Source: Octopus vulgaris
Taxonomy: Eukaryota
Assembly (NCBI GenBank): GCA_951406725.2
Contig: OX597814.1
Coordinates: 8,246,001-8,310,000 of the forward strand
DNA length: 64,000 nucleotides
Reading direction: 5' to 3'
Shown here: in pieces, positions 25,201-39,667 of the stretch
Numbering within the stretch: position 1 is the stretch's first letter
Layout of the letters: each line of letters starts with the position of its first letter
The notes under the pieces: model-generated
The model's input: the letters and a program-made list of their open reading frames with translations, nothing else
Database searches by the model: none
Told to the model about the DNA's origin: nothing
Position numbers and translations under genes: made by a program

Positions 25201-26228
25201 ATGGAGGGCTGGACATGCTGTGGTTGCTGATGCAGAGACATGTACTCAGGCTCCTTGATGGTGAGCAGGTGTAGTTGCCATTTATAAGACTCACTTTTCC
25301 ATGGCTCCTCTCTTTGACTGAGATGCAAATCAGGATTAGGCATAGACCAAGAAGAGGCGCTTGGCACTTCAAGTGCTATCAAGTACTCACAGCTCTCCAC
25401 CAGGTGGGCAATGCAGTCGGTAGTAATTCCACACTAGTGTTCTATAGAGGGCTAGTGCAACTATGTTCTTGGAAAAACTGTAGGTGTTAACAAGGATCAA
25501 CTAACTGGTCCATTCCGGAGAGCTTTCGGGCCTGGGCCTATGAATAACTTCCAGAAATCCTTTGCCTAGCAGTGCTACCAAGAGACACTTCCTGTTCAGG
25601 ATAAACTCTACAAGCACAGAAGTGCCATCAGCTGGGCCTGATGAGGTACATGCACAATGATGAAACGGTTTTGCACACCTTTGTCCAGTGCCCATGTATT
25701 GCTGACCTGTGGGTTTACGTCAAACACCTGCTATTGCATGTGACACGGATCCAGCCATCAGCTGAATCCATAGTGAAGATTGCCCCGCCAACTGGCAGGC
25801 AGTTTTTATTTGTCTTGTGGCTGTAGCAAAAGAGGTAACATGATGTACTTGTCTGAAAGGGCTAAAGTCAGACACTTTCCACTTTGGCCAAGCCCTCATC
25901 AACTTCTTCAAGTTTCACTTGAAGAGGAAAGTGAGGGTGGAGAGAGAAGTGTTGCCTTCTGGCAAGTTTGTTGTAAGGTGGGTGAATGTTGGAAGAATGG
26001 CCAGTGTGAAAGGACTAATTCTGAGTATACACCTGTGAAAAAATTAAAGCACTTGTGGCTTTTGTGGGTTTTTCCACAAGGACCTTTAAAGCACCTCCCC
26101 TTTTGGAAGTTTTCTTTAGTTTAACTTTTTAATGTTATATATATTGTTTACACAATGAAAACCTTTTGTCTCGTCTTGTATTGTCTTTTATGTTCTGTCA
26201 TGTCATTTTATGTTGTTTTATGTAAGCC

Positions 26229-26673
26229 CTTGTGGCTAATAAAAGAATGCATCATCATCATCATCATCCTTGTTTTCACATCCATTGTTCCCTGCTTGCA
26301 TGGGTCAGATTAGTTTATTGAGGCAGACTTTCTATAGCTGGATGCTCTTCCTGATGCTCACTCTTACCTGTTTCCAAGCAAGGTAATATTTCCCCCTGTC
26401 CAGACATGGTTTCCACAGAAGACAGGAAACAAACAACCTCACTTGTATGCTGGGGATGCTCGTTTACAGCCATCACATGATGTCAAGACAAGAGTACAAA
26501 CACACACAGTACATATATGAGGGGCCCTTGTATCAGTTTCCATCTCCCAAACCAGTTGACAAGGCTTTGGTTGACTCAGAGCCATACTAGAAGATATTTT
26601 CTTGGGTTGCCTTACATTGGGAATCAACAAGGTTAGAAATGAATCTTTTTAACCACAAATCCATGGCTGTGCA
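26229..26673 (-). mobile_element. tRNA-type SINE with RTE-like (ATG)n tail
   Basis: Core tcttctagtatggc...caaccaaagccttgtc...gatggaaactga shared with 41881 and 62626 copies; (CAT)n at 26230-26248. Confidence 0.7.
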
Positions 26674-27597
26674 CATAAACCAATAATAGGAATCAGATAA
26701 AAGTCTTACTAACACCCATCCCTCCATTACTCTTCTAACTACGGTCCTACTTTGCTGCTGTAACCATTTGACAGCAGAATCTTCACATATTCATCACCAC
26801 CACCACCACCACCCTTTCGCTAATACCAGTCGCCTCACTTGCATCATCATCTCCGTCCATATACCCTTCCATCGATAATCCCTTTCTGTCCCTTCCCTAA
26901 TCTTTCCCACCCACCCCTCTTAGCTACACCTTACTCTGCCAGGTTTCCTGTTGAACACTTCTCCTATCTGCAATCATTCTCGACACCCTCTCACAGATAT
27001 TGCTAAAACTCCCTTACCAATTTTCTGGCCCCACTCACTACAGCCACCCCCATGTATCTCTGACTCCCATCTCTTTCACAGTTCATCATCTTTGCTTTCC
27101 CTCTGCTGTCAGATCCTGGTCATCATCTCTCTTCCTCCTCATCTATCAACGGATTGATGGTTCTGCTGCTCTCCACCCTTCCTATGCTTCTTCTTGTCAC
27201 CTCCTCCTTTCCGAGCCCCGTCAGTCTCTCGACTCCACCTCAAACCATTGTTCCTCACTCCCTACATCCACCTCTAGCCCCATCTCTAACCTCTGCCCTT
27301 CTCATCTCACACTCTGATGCCATTACCCTCCCATTCCTTCTTTCCTCATCCACAGTCTCCCTTCTACTCCCCTTCTTGTAACTTGGGACTATGCTCTGGC
27401 ACCCAATTACCACCATCTTTCTCCCTTCCAGATACTGTCATGCACCCTTGCATAAATATAAGGACGCCATGAGCCTCGTCTATATCCAGACAACTGTGCT
27501 TGACCCTCTGTCAAACTTTAGGCTTTCTACCCCAGGCATCAAGCCAACTCCCTCCCCCCAGTTCCATCGGGGAGTTTTTATCCTTTTCGATTCTTTG

Positions 27598-27859
27598 CTT
27601 TGTCTTGCAAGTTACTTGGTGACCTCACCAGTGCTGGTGCCATGAGAAAAGCAGCTTCCAGTCCTCACTGTAAAATGGTTGGCATTATGAAGGGCAGCCA
27701 ACCATCCACACTCAGCCAGCTAGCCACACTCAGCCAGCCAGCCGCACTCAGCCAGCCAGCTGAGTGTGGAACCTAACACAGATCTAGAGATCACCAGATC
27801 TTGTTAAACTGTGTAACCCATGCCAGATCAAAGACGGACATCAAATAATGATGATGATG
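27598..27859 (+). mobile_element. Old RTE-tailed element 3' end
   Basis: ggttggcattatgaagggc...aacccatgccag...(atg)n tail. Confidence 0.55.
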
Positions 27860-27899
27860 CTATAGAAATAAGTGTAACACACCATCGACTAGGAGAAAA

Positions 27900-28440
27900 G
27901 GCATTCGTACATTTGTTTATAGAGTAGGTAATTTACCACCAAAACTATACAGTTTTATAAATCCATTTCAGCCATTCTTACAAATCAGTTTTGCACAGGA
28001 TAACATCTAACACTGTGCTCATCAGAGTGGCCAGTATGGAAGTAGGGCAATGGGTTTCTGACAGCTAGTGCCACATCTCTAATTGCAAAAGACAATTAGA
28101 GAGGAGGATTCCATCATTGGTTATGCCACTTGTCCAAAATCTCTGAGTGAGGAGTAACTGCCAGCAAAGTGGAATTTGGGTTTTAATTAAGCATCTGGGT
28201 GGTGAGAGTTCTTAAATATAAGTTCTCTTTTTGGCAAGGCACAGACTTCACCTTCTGCTACCATTGAAGTAAAGATTACTTTCCTTCGGCAATCATAACA
28301 TGCGTAGCCATGTATGTGGCATTTTTCTCTCATAGACCTTAAAGGAGGTCTTGGGATTGTTATATATGGTTCTGAGTGGACCTTTAGTCATGCCCACATA
28401 TTTCCACATGTTCTTCTATTTGCTGAAGTAACATTCAAAT
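27900..28440 (-). mobile_element. Penelope-like remnant (GIY-YIG C-terminus plus pLTR)
   Basis: Minus strand translates KYVGMTKGPLRTIYNNPKTSFK...SLCLAK, followed by a hammerhead motif. Confidence 0.55.
27969..28033 (-). ncRNA. Degenerate type I hammerhead motif
   Basis: tggccact-CTGATGA-GCACAG-loop-CTGTGC-AAAA(for GAAA)-CTGATTTG-TA-agaatggctg. Confidence 0.55.
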
Positions 28441-28869
28441 GATACTGAACGGAAATAAATACAAGTTTTCACTGTATAATATGCTCAATATTAATACAAA
28501 GACAGTTCATAATTACTGGGAAAATATTTAAACAGAAAAAAAAATGAAAATGTTTTCTCACAAAACTGACTGATACAGGTTTGAGAAGCACTTTAGGTTG
28601 TTCTAAGCAGAAAAAGAAAAGTGAGAACATCTGTGTAGTATCAGAGGTCATTCTGTTTAAAAATGCAGTTTTAATAATGCCCAACATGGTTTCTGAAAAC
28701 CATTTGACCAGACTATTTGGTGGGAAGATTCCATTGCCCTTGGTTATACATCAGCTGATCTGATTAGTCAAGCCATGTTCACAGAGGTGTTAGTGCCTTT
28801 CATAGAGGCACAATTTATTATCCCTAATTCAATATGTCTGGCTGTGGTCTTAGCTGTGGAAGCATGTGG

Positions 28870-29900
28870 TAAGTGAGAAAAATATTGGTTTCAAAGCTAA
28901 ATGCTAGAAACATAACTCTGGCAATGAACTTGGCAATATGCTGGAATTCTGAAGTGGACAGAGTAGGAGTTGGAGAGGAAGACAAGAAAGCTCATAACGA
29001 TGATGCATGGAAGCCATCATCCATGTGCAGACACAGATCACCTAGACACGAAGAGAGCAAATAGAGGAAAAGGGACGAGATACCTAGCCGAAAGTAAGGA
29101 AACCTTGCTAGTGGCAGCTAGGAATGAGGGAGTATTGAGAGCAGAGAGAAAAAAGGGAAAACAATGAAAGAAGTACAAAAGGGACGTGAAGAAGGGAGTA
29201 CATAATTAGTTCCATGTAACCACAACAGAAGTTGCAGGAAAACCTAAATGGGATTGACTGAAGAAAGGAACACTGAAAAAAGAGGCCGAGAGCAGCAACA
29301 TACTAGCAGTGCAAGGCCAAACATTGGCCATGAATTAAAGGGTGAACCTTAGGAATGAGCAAGTGTCTTTGCTGTGCCGCATCTGTAACAGAGTGGTTAC
29401 AACCATTACCCACATTATGAATGAATGCCTTAGACTTGCCCAAATTGTGCCACTACAAATTGTGGCAACATGATAATTAGTGAAAGTGCTACATTGGAAA
29501 CTGTATGAAAAGTGGGGGTTAGAGAGAGGCAAGACGTGGGATGAGTATAAGCTTCAGAGAGTGGGGGAGTTGGAGACTTGTAAAATCCTCTGGGACCTCT
29601 CAATCCAAACCGATCAGGTGCTAAAGCATAAAAAAGACTGGGCCCAGTGGTTGTGGAGAAGATGCACCACATGTGCTACATAGTTAATGTTGCATGTCCC
29701 TTTGACCCATGGATAGTCAAGGACGAAGGTAAAAGAAAAGTACATATATACAATCATCAAAGTACGGCTATAGGAATGATGGAAGTGAAAGTAGTACCAA
29801 TTGTTATTGGGTCCTTGGGGACATTTCTGGAAGGCATCAAGGGAAGTATAAAGGAAATTAGAATAGAGTGCCCAGTAGAAATGTTAAAGTAGTGTGCAGC
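28870..29900 (+). mobile_element. R4/Dong-like LINE 3' fragment (RLE domain)
   Basis: KLNARN, RKTRKLITMMHGSHHPCADTD, KVLHWKL, KILWDLSIQTD, VACPFD, VVPIVIGSLG. Confidence 0.75.
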
Positions 29901-29984
29901 AAGCCCACTATGCATGCAAGACTGTGATAAAAAGAATAATAATAAAATTTGTTAAAGCAAAATGTTTCTTTCATATATGAAGCA

Positions 29985-31123
29985 CTAGCTGTTGTACCCG
30001 GTAATTCCTTGGGGTAAAGATGTTCTATTGAAATGCCTTATTACTCTGATATAAGAAAGCAATTTCGTTATAACTGCAACAAAAGGTGTACTTTCCTCCT
30101 GGAGGAGGGAGAGGTTTCCGGAGGTTGGCAAGAAAGAATGTCGGAGGTTGGTGAAAGAGGTTGTCGGATGTTGGCAAGAGACAAAGACATTATTCTGCTT
30201 AGCGAAGGCATCTGAGAAATGTATAACTGCTGTCATTCACAGTAAAAAACTATTGTTTTACCGTGAGAAAAGAGTTGTTGAAGTGTTAAGTGAAATTTGG
30301 CAATTGAGGATCGAATCCATGCTATGTCAGCATGAAGCCACTACAAATATTGTGTGGAAAAAAATTTATGTACTGTCATGGAAAAAGTGTATCTGTAAAA
30401 ATGCGGAATTATCGGAGTAATGGGCATTCAAAAAAGTAAGTATGTATGTATAGAAATGTATGAATGAAGTTTTTAAGGTTTAAGATTCAAATAAAGGAAG
30501 TGCAATAATAATGTTTAGTAGTTCAAAACTGTGAGTAGTGAAATGCAGAATTAGGTCAGCTGATCATGAGAATCAAATATTGATCACTTTGCTAAAATTT
30601 GCAGGTGGTATGGGTTATTTCCCTTGGATTGTTTAAATAAAATATTAGTAATATATAGTAGATTGAAAGATCCATTGGAAGGGCCCTATTATTGATTTTT
30701 TCAACAATCTAAGTATGTCACGAGGTTTCCAGACATGAATTCTACTCACGTGTCAAATAAAGTATAAAAGTAATATTGTCTGCAAAAATTAGAAATAGGA
30801 CACACAAAAAATCAATATTCAAAGTATTCGAACATAAACACTGAAATGGGTTATTTCCCTTGAGTGTTTAAAAAAATACTGTATAGGTGCTATGGGTTAT
30901 TTCCCTTGGATGTTTAAAAAAGTAGTCATATGAGGTAGATATAAAGGTCCCTTCCAGGGGCTGCATTATCAATTTTTTTCAACAATCTAAGTATGTCTCG
31001 GAGTTTCCAGGCATGAGTTCTACTCACACATCAAGTTTCATCGAAATTGATAAAACGATATAGGAGGAGTTAGCTAACAACGTCACAAACAAACAAACAC
31101 CGATTTTCCACATATGTAGTAGA
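29985..31123 (-). mobile_element. Non-autonomous Helitron-like element with internal ~150-bp duplication
   Basis: A^TCtacta 5' end with (TTTG)n; CTAG at 29985 next to a GC hairpin; 30604-30756 is similar to 30886-31034. Confidence 0.55.
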
Positions 31124-31384
31124 TAATTGCTGTTAGACATGTTACCACAACACAAGCATAAAACAGATAACGTAAAAAGGTGGAACTACAATATCCCTAC
31201 ACAAATTGTGAGTACAAATATAAACCTCAACTGATCACAAATGCATTCTCATCTCCACACATGTACCGACGACTGTGTATACAAGTCACACATGGACAAA
31301 ACATCGACTACACAGTATTTAAATTGCTTAGATAAATAAATAATAATAATAATGGTGGTAATAATGATGATGATACTAGTAGTA

Positions 31385-32783
31385 ATATCCTCTTTGCCAC
31401 TTATGTGGAAATTATCGACTGGAATACTCGCAGAGTCAATGTAAGAACGTCTGGAAAAAAATGGAGTCCTCACACATGAGCAGAAGGGTTGCAAGTATAA
31501 GTGCAGAAGTATCAAGGATCAACTCCTGATAGATAAAAATGTACTCAGAGACTGCAAGAAGAGGAAAAGTAACTTAGCTATGTCATGGATCGACTATCGT
31601 AAGGCATATGTTATGATTCCACGTTCTTGGATTATGGATTAGCCTATTTGGTAATGCATCAAGTGTTGAGCGATTGCTTGGTAAAAGTATGGCGAATTGG
31701 AGGACGGACCTGACAGTATACAGAAGAAGTTTAGGGACAGGAGAAATTAGGAGGGGCATCTTCCAAGGGGACTGTCTGTCCCCACTGATCTTTGTAAGGT
31801 GCTTGATACCACTAACACTGATTCTGAGGAAAGCAAAGGCTGGGTGTGTATTCAAAAGCTGCCGGCAAAAAGTCAACCATTTGTTATTCATGGATGAACT
31901 CAAGACTTTTTGGTAAAGATGAAGCCAAGTCAGTTCCATCTTTTCATATGGTGTATACATTCAGTGCTGATATCAGAATGGAGTTCGGACTGAGAAAGTG
32001 TGGTGTGTTAGAATTGAAGAGAGGCAAAATCAAATGTATGGACGGACTAACAATACCGTTGGGGGAGTTTGTGAAGCAGATAGAAGAGACAGGCTATAAA
32101 GTACTTGGGGATTTTGGAAATGGATAAACTGATGGAGAAAGAAATGACAGAAACATCTAAGGTGGAGTACTTGCACAGACTGAGACTGCTCTTTAAGTTG
32201 AAATTAAGTGGACGGAATAAGATCGAAGCTATCAAGACCTGGGTGGTTTCACTCCTTAGATATGGAGCAGGGATAATCGCATGGACAGTAGACGAACTAA
32301 ACAGCTGAGATAGAAAGACAAGGAAGTTGCTAACTAGATATGAGACACTCCACCCAAAAAGTGACACAGACAGACTGTATGTACCAAGAAAAAGAGGGGG
32401 AAGAGGACTTATTGGATGTGAACACAGCATTAGAGCAGAAGAAAACAACATAGCATGGTATGTAAAAAAATGCCACAGAATCGCTATTATAAGAAGTAAA
32501 AAGGTCAGGCTTGTGTAGAATGAAAGATTGCAAAGATAAAGCACTATACAAGCAATTGAAAATAGGTGGGTAAAGAAAAGAATGCATGGACAATTTGATA
32601 GGGATGTTGAAGATAAGACAGACAGGAAAAAAGATGGGTGTGGATGACTAAAAGTGATTCAAAACCGGAAACAGAGGTTCTAGTCTGTGCTGCCCAAGAG
32701 GAAGCACTAAGAACAAACTACATAAAATACAGAATAGACAACACAGCAGAAAGTGATAAGTGCAAAATTTGTGGACAAAATGG
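31385..32783 (+). mobile_element. R4/Dong-like LINE RT fragment between (AAT)n tracts
   Basis: [61 protein letters not shown]. Confidence 0.85.
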
Positions 32784-32784
32784 C

Positions 32785-32837
<53 letters not shown>

Positions 32838-32882
32838 CAACAAAATAATAATGATAATAATAATAATAATAACAATAATAAT
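32785..32882. repeat. (AAT)n microsatellite
   Basis: Direct reading. Confidence 0.95.
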
Positions 32883-35800
32883 ACTTTCTTTATTGGCTAC
32901 CAAGGCTAAATACAAAACATAAAGGATGATTCTACAAGGGTTAGTGGGGTTAAACGTCTAAATAGCAAAACAAAACAACAATTAACAAAGAGATTAAACG
33001 AACAATGTTCTTCTCCAATAGGGAGGAGTTCCACCGAGGAGTGAGCAAAAGAACATCACACCCTTTGGACCCCCTAATACCAAAGGTACCTCATGTAGGC
33101 ACCCCTCTCCTCCTCATTCCATCCGGCCTACAGACCCACACTTAGAGTAGGCCCATTCACGTGGGCCATTCTTGACATATTCACCCACCTTTCAACAAAC
33201 TTACTGAGTGACAGTTCTTACCCCTCCAGTCTCAATTTCCTTTGCAGGAGGAACTTGAAAGGTCAATTGAGGCCTTTGCCAAAGAGGAAGGTACCTGTCT
33301 TCAACTCTTTCAATTGTGTCCACCACACAACCACTTTCAATAGCCACCACACAGAGAAAAACTGTCCTTCCCAGCCAAAGGAAAGAGGTGGGATGATCTT
33401 CATGATGGACTTGGATGATAGCTAAATCTGTCTTACATGTGACAATAACTGTTTGACAAAAGTTTATAAGTCAGCAATGCGTGGACACTGTAGGAGAGCA
33501 TACAGAACGGATTCATTGCTCCACTGGCATCTCATACATGCTCATCTGACTGCACACCTGTGCCTGTAGAGCTTATTGTGAACTGGCAGACCCCCTGGTA
33601 GCACTGCCAGGTCATGGATTTCTGGAAGTTGTCCATAAGCCCTGGCCCAAAAATCTTCTGAAAGAGACCAGCCAGTGGATCCCTCTCAACACCCAAAACC
33701 TCTGTGACAACGTCGCACCTCTTGCCATCTACTAATCCCCTATAGAACTCCAAAGTGGAACTTCCACTGACTGCATCACCCCACTAGCCAAGGGTTGTTA
33801 GCACATGGAGACACTCTAGGTGCTAAACATCCTTCTTCGGTCTACGCCTGATCCAGGACTGTTGCCCCATCAAAGAGACAATCTGTGGAAAAGTGCATCC
33901 AACAAATGGTGACCACACCTACTCACTGTTCAGGTATTTCTGGAGATGTTGCAGCCTCAGCACATGTCTGTGCATCATGAGCCATAGCATACCCAGTCCA
34001 CCATGCAATGAGTTCTGACAGCAAATGGATCATCTGACAAGTGGTACATGCCCCTTCCACAGGAAGCAGAAGAGGAAGCCCACCAGCCTGTTCAGCTATG
34101 AAGCAGCGCATGGGTCGTCGACAGTCAGGTAGTAGTATATGATGGATGGGATGTACGTATTTGTCACCTCCTCCCGACCTTTCAGGGACAGCTTCCTCTC
34201 CGCTCATTTGTGGTTGAGACTGGTTACCCTGTCTGTCATTTCACCCCAGTTTGTGTCCACTTGGAGGTCCACATCAAGCCAGACCAACTTAATCAGTCCT
34301 TCCATCAAACACCCCGCAATGCTGTCACTCGGCAAGGGCCTGCCTCTCCAGGAGCCGAGCTGCAGGCTCACTGACTTCTAGCTAATCACTGCTCCTGTCA
34401 TCGCTTCATATTCCATTAGGATAGTGTCAACCATCTTGATTTCCAAGACATCCAACACTATCATGGTAACATCGGCCGCATATGAACTTTCCGTATCTTA
34501 GTTCACAAGGGAAGCCCCTTGAAACATCCAACACCTGCAGTAATGGCTTGTGTGCCAGTATGTAGAGAAGGGGTGAGAGTGGATATCCTTGACAGACTAA
34601 GCATGCGATGCTAAATGATTCCGACATGTGGCCATTTACTTTGACCTCCGAACAGATATCACTGTACATTGTAGCAGTCCAGCCTCTGAAAACAGGACCA
34701 AAACCAGCTGCTTCAAGGACAGCTTCCAAGTACTGATGGTAAACCCATTTGAAAGCTTTCAATTGATCCAAATTGATCAGGGCCCCTCCCATGCCAGATT
34801 CTTTACCAACCTTCTCTATGATGTATTGCATGAGGTAGAGGTTGTCATGGATAGATCTGTTGGGAATAGTGCAAGGCTGCACATTACCCACCAATCTGTC
34901 AATGACAAGTGTCAACTTCTTTGCTAAAACCTTAGTCAAAATTTTGAAAAATGCATTTAATAGAGTTATAGTCCTAAAGTTATCAACAATGTCACCCTTG
35001 TTTGGATTCTTTCTCAGTAGTACCACTACACCTCAGCTCACAGACCTGTGTATTCTTACATTCTGCTGCCAGTTGCGGTAGACACCCTACAAAAGCTCAC
35101 CAAACTAGTCTGGAATATAAAGCTTGAAGGGCAAACCATCCTATCCCAGAGACTTTTCCCTCATGCAACTAGCCAATGCATCACATATATTCTTCAGCTG
35201 TAATTGGCATTTTGCAGAACTCAACCTTCCTGGATGAAAGCCATGACAGAGCATCAAGTGGGGAAGTGAAGTTCACCTCCACCTCCAGACTACCACATGT
35301 CCCATACAGTTCAGCAAAGTGCCACTGAAATTCTGCACAAATCTGCTTGCACTCGTGTAGCATCTACCTGTCCCACCTCTCAAAGACTGAACTGAAGTTT
35401 CATTACCACATAGCACCTCAGCCACCCAGTGCCATCGAACAGCTTTCATTCCTTCCTGTTTTAGAGCATGTGCCCTAGCTCTCACAATGCAACCTTTATG
35501 CTTGGTGTTGAAGAATTGGTTCAGAACCAATCTCGCTACCAGCACATCGGTCACTATGCTTCTACTGAGTGCCTCTTCCAATATCTTAACTAGATCTCCC
35601 TCTACTCTAGTCTTCTCTATCACTAGTTGTCTGCTAAATTTTACAACTTCTACTGTAACCCCCCATTTTAGGGCCACCCACCATCGGTTGTTGACAACTG
35701 CACCTGTCAACTTTCGATGGACCAACCTGCTAAGTCAGTATCTGAAAGCTTAATGTGCTGGGAAGGACGTATTCTGCTTCCAGTATCCGGGACCCTGCCT

Positions 35801-36994
35801 ATGAAGCAGGTCAACCATACAGATCTGTATGGTCAACCATACAGATCACAAATTTGTGATCTGTGTAGCTGATGAGTTCAAATTGTGGACAGCCTTTGCT
35901 ATCCCTATCTGCTGGCCTACAAAATATCCAACACTGTTTACCTATGTCCACACTGGAGCAATCAGGAAATCCAGTCTGGACCTGTCAGCCAGTTGGAAAC
36001 AACTGAGTAGGTTTGCAAAGCTTGTGCACCCATTTTCCTATCCATTAGCCATGCCTAGTACACACATGCATCCAAGATGGTGTTCCAGTCGCACACTAAC
36101 ACTAATGAGTGAGACAACCCTAGAAAAACATCAAAAGATTTGAAGAAATTCGGCTGTTCGATCCAGAAATTCAGCTGTCCCGATATACAGTGACCAGTCT
36201 GAAAGCACTGTCTCAATTATCATTCATGCCCAGGACCACCGACTTGCCTTCCAGGTCCAGGAAGACCAACTGTATCTCAAGATCCAGGCCTTTCCTGAAC
36301 AACGCCCACCCACTATTCCTGGTTGACTAAGAGATGCAAACATCTCAAAATAGTCAAAAATGGGTACTAAGGTGTGTGCCTCCATGATGCTGGTCTCACT
36401 GATGGCTATTACATTTAAATTCAGCCACCTGAGGTCATTGAGCAAGTGACCTTGCTTCCAGGATGACCTCACCACATACATTAATGCAACCCACTCTTAG
36501 CACTGCCATATTGGCCTAAAAGAAAGGAAAGAAAGATGAGGAGTGTTACTTAACCTCCTGGTGCTGTTGGAGATCACGTGGTCCCACCTCTATTTCTTTG
36601 TTGGTCTGCGTTGGGAACCCTTATAGAATCGTTGTATTGGCATTTACTTGAGAGATTCCTACATCGTCTAGAAGGGCATCCCTAATTGTTTGGAAAGTGT
36701 CCAAATCCATCCTCCCCATCATTAAGTCTTTTGGCACATGGCATGTGTTAGTCCAAGAAGATTCTTCCCCCCCCCCCTACCTTTTCCAATGATTCTCCTT
36801 TGTGATAAGATGGCCATCAGTTCTTTGCTGGCCCTCCTTACTAACACAGAGTGAGCTGCCTGTGTCACTGTTTTTTGCTGTTCTTGTTGCGTTGGTGGTG
36901 TAAGTTTGCTTTTGGGATTTTTTTCCTGTCTGCAGTGGAGTTCTTGGTGCTTGTGGCGCTTTAGTTGATGATTGTGATGCTGCAGGAGTTGTCT

Positions 36995-37028
<34 letters not shown>

Positions 37029-38804
37029 TTCCTTTGCTATCTTGTTTTGGTGCAGGGTAAGATGTCTTGCCTCTGTGACTTCTTTTCGGTTGTTTTTCTA
37101 GTTTACTCTGATCCCTGTCCTCATCACCTTTCATTGTGGTAGAACCAGTGTCTGTTTTAACCTCCTCCGCTCTCCTGTGCAAGTGAATTCGTGTTTGTAT
37201 GTGTATCTTTTTTCTGCATGCTTGTCTGTCAGTGGTGGGGTTGTTGAGGCTGGTTACAAGGTGTTGGTTTTCATGGTTGACCTCTCCGACGGTTTTCCTG
37301 CTGGTGCTGTTGTTACACCTGCCACCACCATTGTTGCTGTTTTTGCCGCCTTTCCTGTTGTTCATGGTGATGTCTTTTGTTTTCCCAGCCTTAATCAACG
37401 GAAGGTCCCCACATCCCTGTAACGTTTTGATGAGGGCAGCATGCTTGTAGGTGTGTTGCATCACCACAAGCAAAGCAATGAGTCATACAGCGCTCAGTGA
37501 TCAAATGTAATTTCGTCCCCTCTTTGAGGCAGACATGGTCTTGGGATGTTCTCCAAGGCTTATGGTTTTATTTGGATTAGCAATTCCAAATCCATCCCAA
37601 TCCTGTCTTCTATTTGCATCCGTTGAACTTTAAGGAGGAAGGTGTTGCTGCTCTCCACAATCACACATCTCAACCACCTCCAGATATTGATACCTGGTGT
37701 TACTCTGGGGATTCAAACTTTTATTGTTTGTGGTGCCCATGTAGGGCAGGCACATTATAAGCTGGTCAGTTTTACCGGGTCCCAATGAATACTTCATGGC
37801 CAGCTCTTCTGTTTTAAAAAGGGCCGAGATGGTGCCAAAACTCAGGGCCCTTCTTGATTGACCTCAGTACCATCTCCACTTGAAGAAGGTGGGAGTGTTG
37901 TTCTGCACTCCGAGTCTGTACTGAGACACACTTATACTTCACTGTTCTCTTCTCAGTTTCTACCTCTACTTTGGCTGGGATTGCAAGGTTAGCCCAGGTT
38001 CTTTCTCTTTTGATGAGTTTGTGCGCCAGGGTTAACATCTGTTTTTTTGTTGGCGGTGTCTATCTCATAGTACTTTTGTTGGCATTTCGCAGCTGCTGCA
38101 AAAGTCCTTGTTCTGCTCTCACAGTTGATGGTGGTGATGGAATCGTTCATGCTGTTACTGCTATTGTTACTCCTAAATACAAACATCTCTCTGTTGCTCG
38201 TGTTGGCGTTGGTATTGGTTGTGTTCTCATTGATGTTTTTGTTGTTGTTTTTCTGTTATGCTTCTCTGCTCTGTGTTGTTGGAGTTGTTAATTTCTGTGT
38301 TGATATCAGTTATCATTTCATTTCCCACATTATTCCTGTTTGGGGAGTTGGCAGTTACATTTTCATTATCTATTCGACTATCGAGTGAATGTGTGTTCTC
38401 CATTGTGTCGCTTTCCTCTGTTGTGATACTTCTTCATTCTTGCGAATACTTTTATCGCTATCCATAGAGTCTGTGGTGCTTTTGGATTTGTTATCAATTT
38501 TGTTCCTGAAATTGTTTCTTGTGTCAGTGAAAATTGCATTTTCGTGATGTTTCCTGCTGTCACAAACTGGTTTGTTTTGCGTTAGAAAGATACACACTTC
38601 CACACCATTTTTCATTTGCAAACGTATAAACATTTCATAAATTCTAATATTTGGCCACAAAGCCCCAATATTATTCAATTCTTTTAGGGGGTGTGGGGGG
38701 GGGGTCAAAGACTATTGGCTTATGCTCCCATTTAAACAATAATATAAAAGGAGTCAGTAGTTTTGATAACAAAATTACCTGTCAAGCTTCCAGCCTTCCA
38801 ACTG
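32883..38804 (-). mobile_element. Tx1/L1-like LINE, near full length, decayed
   Basis: APE 36481-36224 (HLLNDL..IAISET), RT 35026-34427 (FRTITLLN, GALINLDQ.KAF, QGYPLSPLLY); 3' aataaagaaag abuts (TAT)n. Confidence 0.85.
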
Positions 38805-38907
38805 CTAGTAGTAGTAGTAGTAGTAGTATAATAATAATAAATTTGTCAATCTACTTCATTTGGTTAATATATAAAGGACTTTGATAGCATGCACTGCTCT
38901 CTCACTC

Positions 38908-38959
<52 letters not shown>

Positions 38960-38964
<5 letters not shown>

Positions 38965-39485
38965 GAGCTCAATGCTAAAAACAACACTTTAGCCATCCCA
39001 GTTATAAGTTACAGCTACAATATCCTTAACTGGACACTAAATGAACTAACCACAAAAGGACAAAAAAACAAGAAAAATGATGACAGGATCTAGGATGCAC
39101 CACCCAAAATCTGACATAGAAAGGCTATATATACAACGTATAGAAGGTGTTAGAGGCCTTATACAGCTGGAAAACTATTATAAAATAACCACCATAGGAC
39201 TGCAAAAATACCTACTTCAGAAGCAAAGAAAACTAATACAAATAGCCACAAAATACGAGCAAAACAAAAAAACAGTTTTCAGTCTTTAAGGAAGCTGACA
39301 AATACAAACAAGAAATCATAGTACCTGACAACTATGAAGAAGAAGAAGAAACAACAAAAGCTATAAAACAAATGAAAACCAAACTAAAACTAGAACAGCA
39401 ACGGACCATGAAAAAACGATGGCAAGAAAAGCCCGTTCATGGCAAGTACTGGGTTAAACTAAATGCAAAAGAAATAGACACAAAG
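38960..39485 (+). mobile_element. R4/Dong-like LINE fragment between (AAT)n tracts (38907-38960, 39534-39682)
   Basis: ELNAKN, LAIPVISYS, HHPKSDIERLYIQRIEGVRGL, WQEKPVHGKY. Confidence 0.75.
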
Positions 39486-39530
39486 CTGTGCTCAGTAGTG
39501 AAGTGAAAGCACGCTATAAAAATAAAACTA

Positions 39531-39583
<53 letters not shown>

Positions 39584-39612
39584 TAATAATAATAATAATA
39601 ATAATAATGATG

Positions 39613-39667
<55 letters not shown>

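Larger units (their letters stand above)
18272..26228 (+). mobile_element. Tx1/L1-like LINE, decayed, with nested RTE insertion
   Basis: ORF1 remnants with zinc knuckle CYFCGDQGHPRFSC (~19251-19292), APE 22694-23260 (AVYAP, VGDWNAV), RT 24154-24913 (ITLLNAELKIL, QGCLLSPLLY), 3' aataaaagaa. Confidence 0.85.

Noticed and set aside
26700-27600. ORFs in pyrimidine-rich sequence
   Set aside because: Low-complexity S/L/P-rich translations; probably decayed retroelement UTR.
30330-30375. TTNIVWKKIY resembling a Helitron helicase C-terminus
   Set aside because: Wrong strand relative to the inferred TC...CTAG polarity, and no other helicase motifs.
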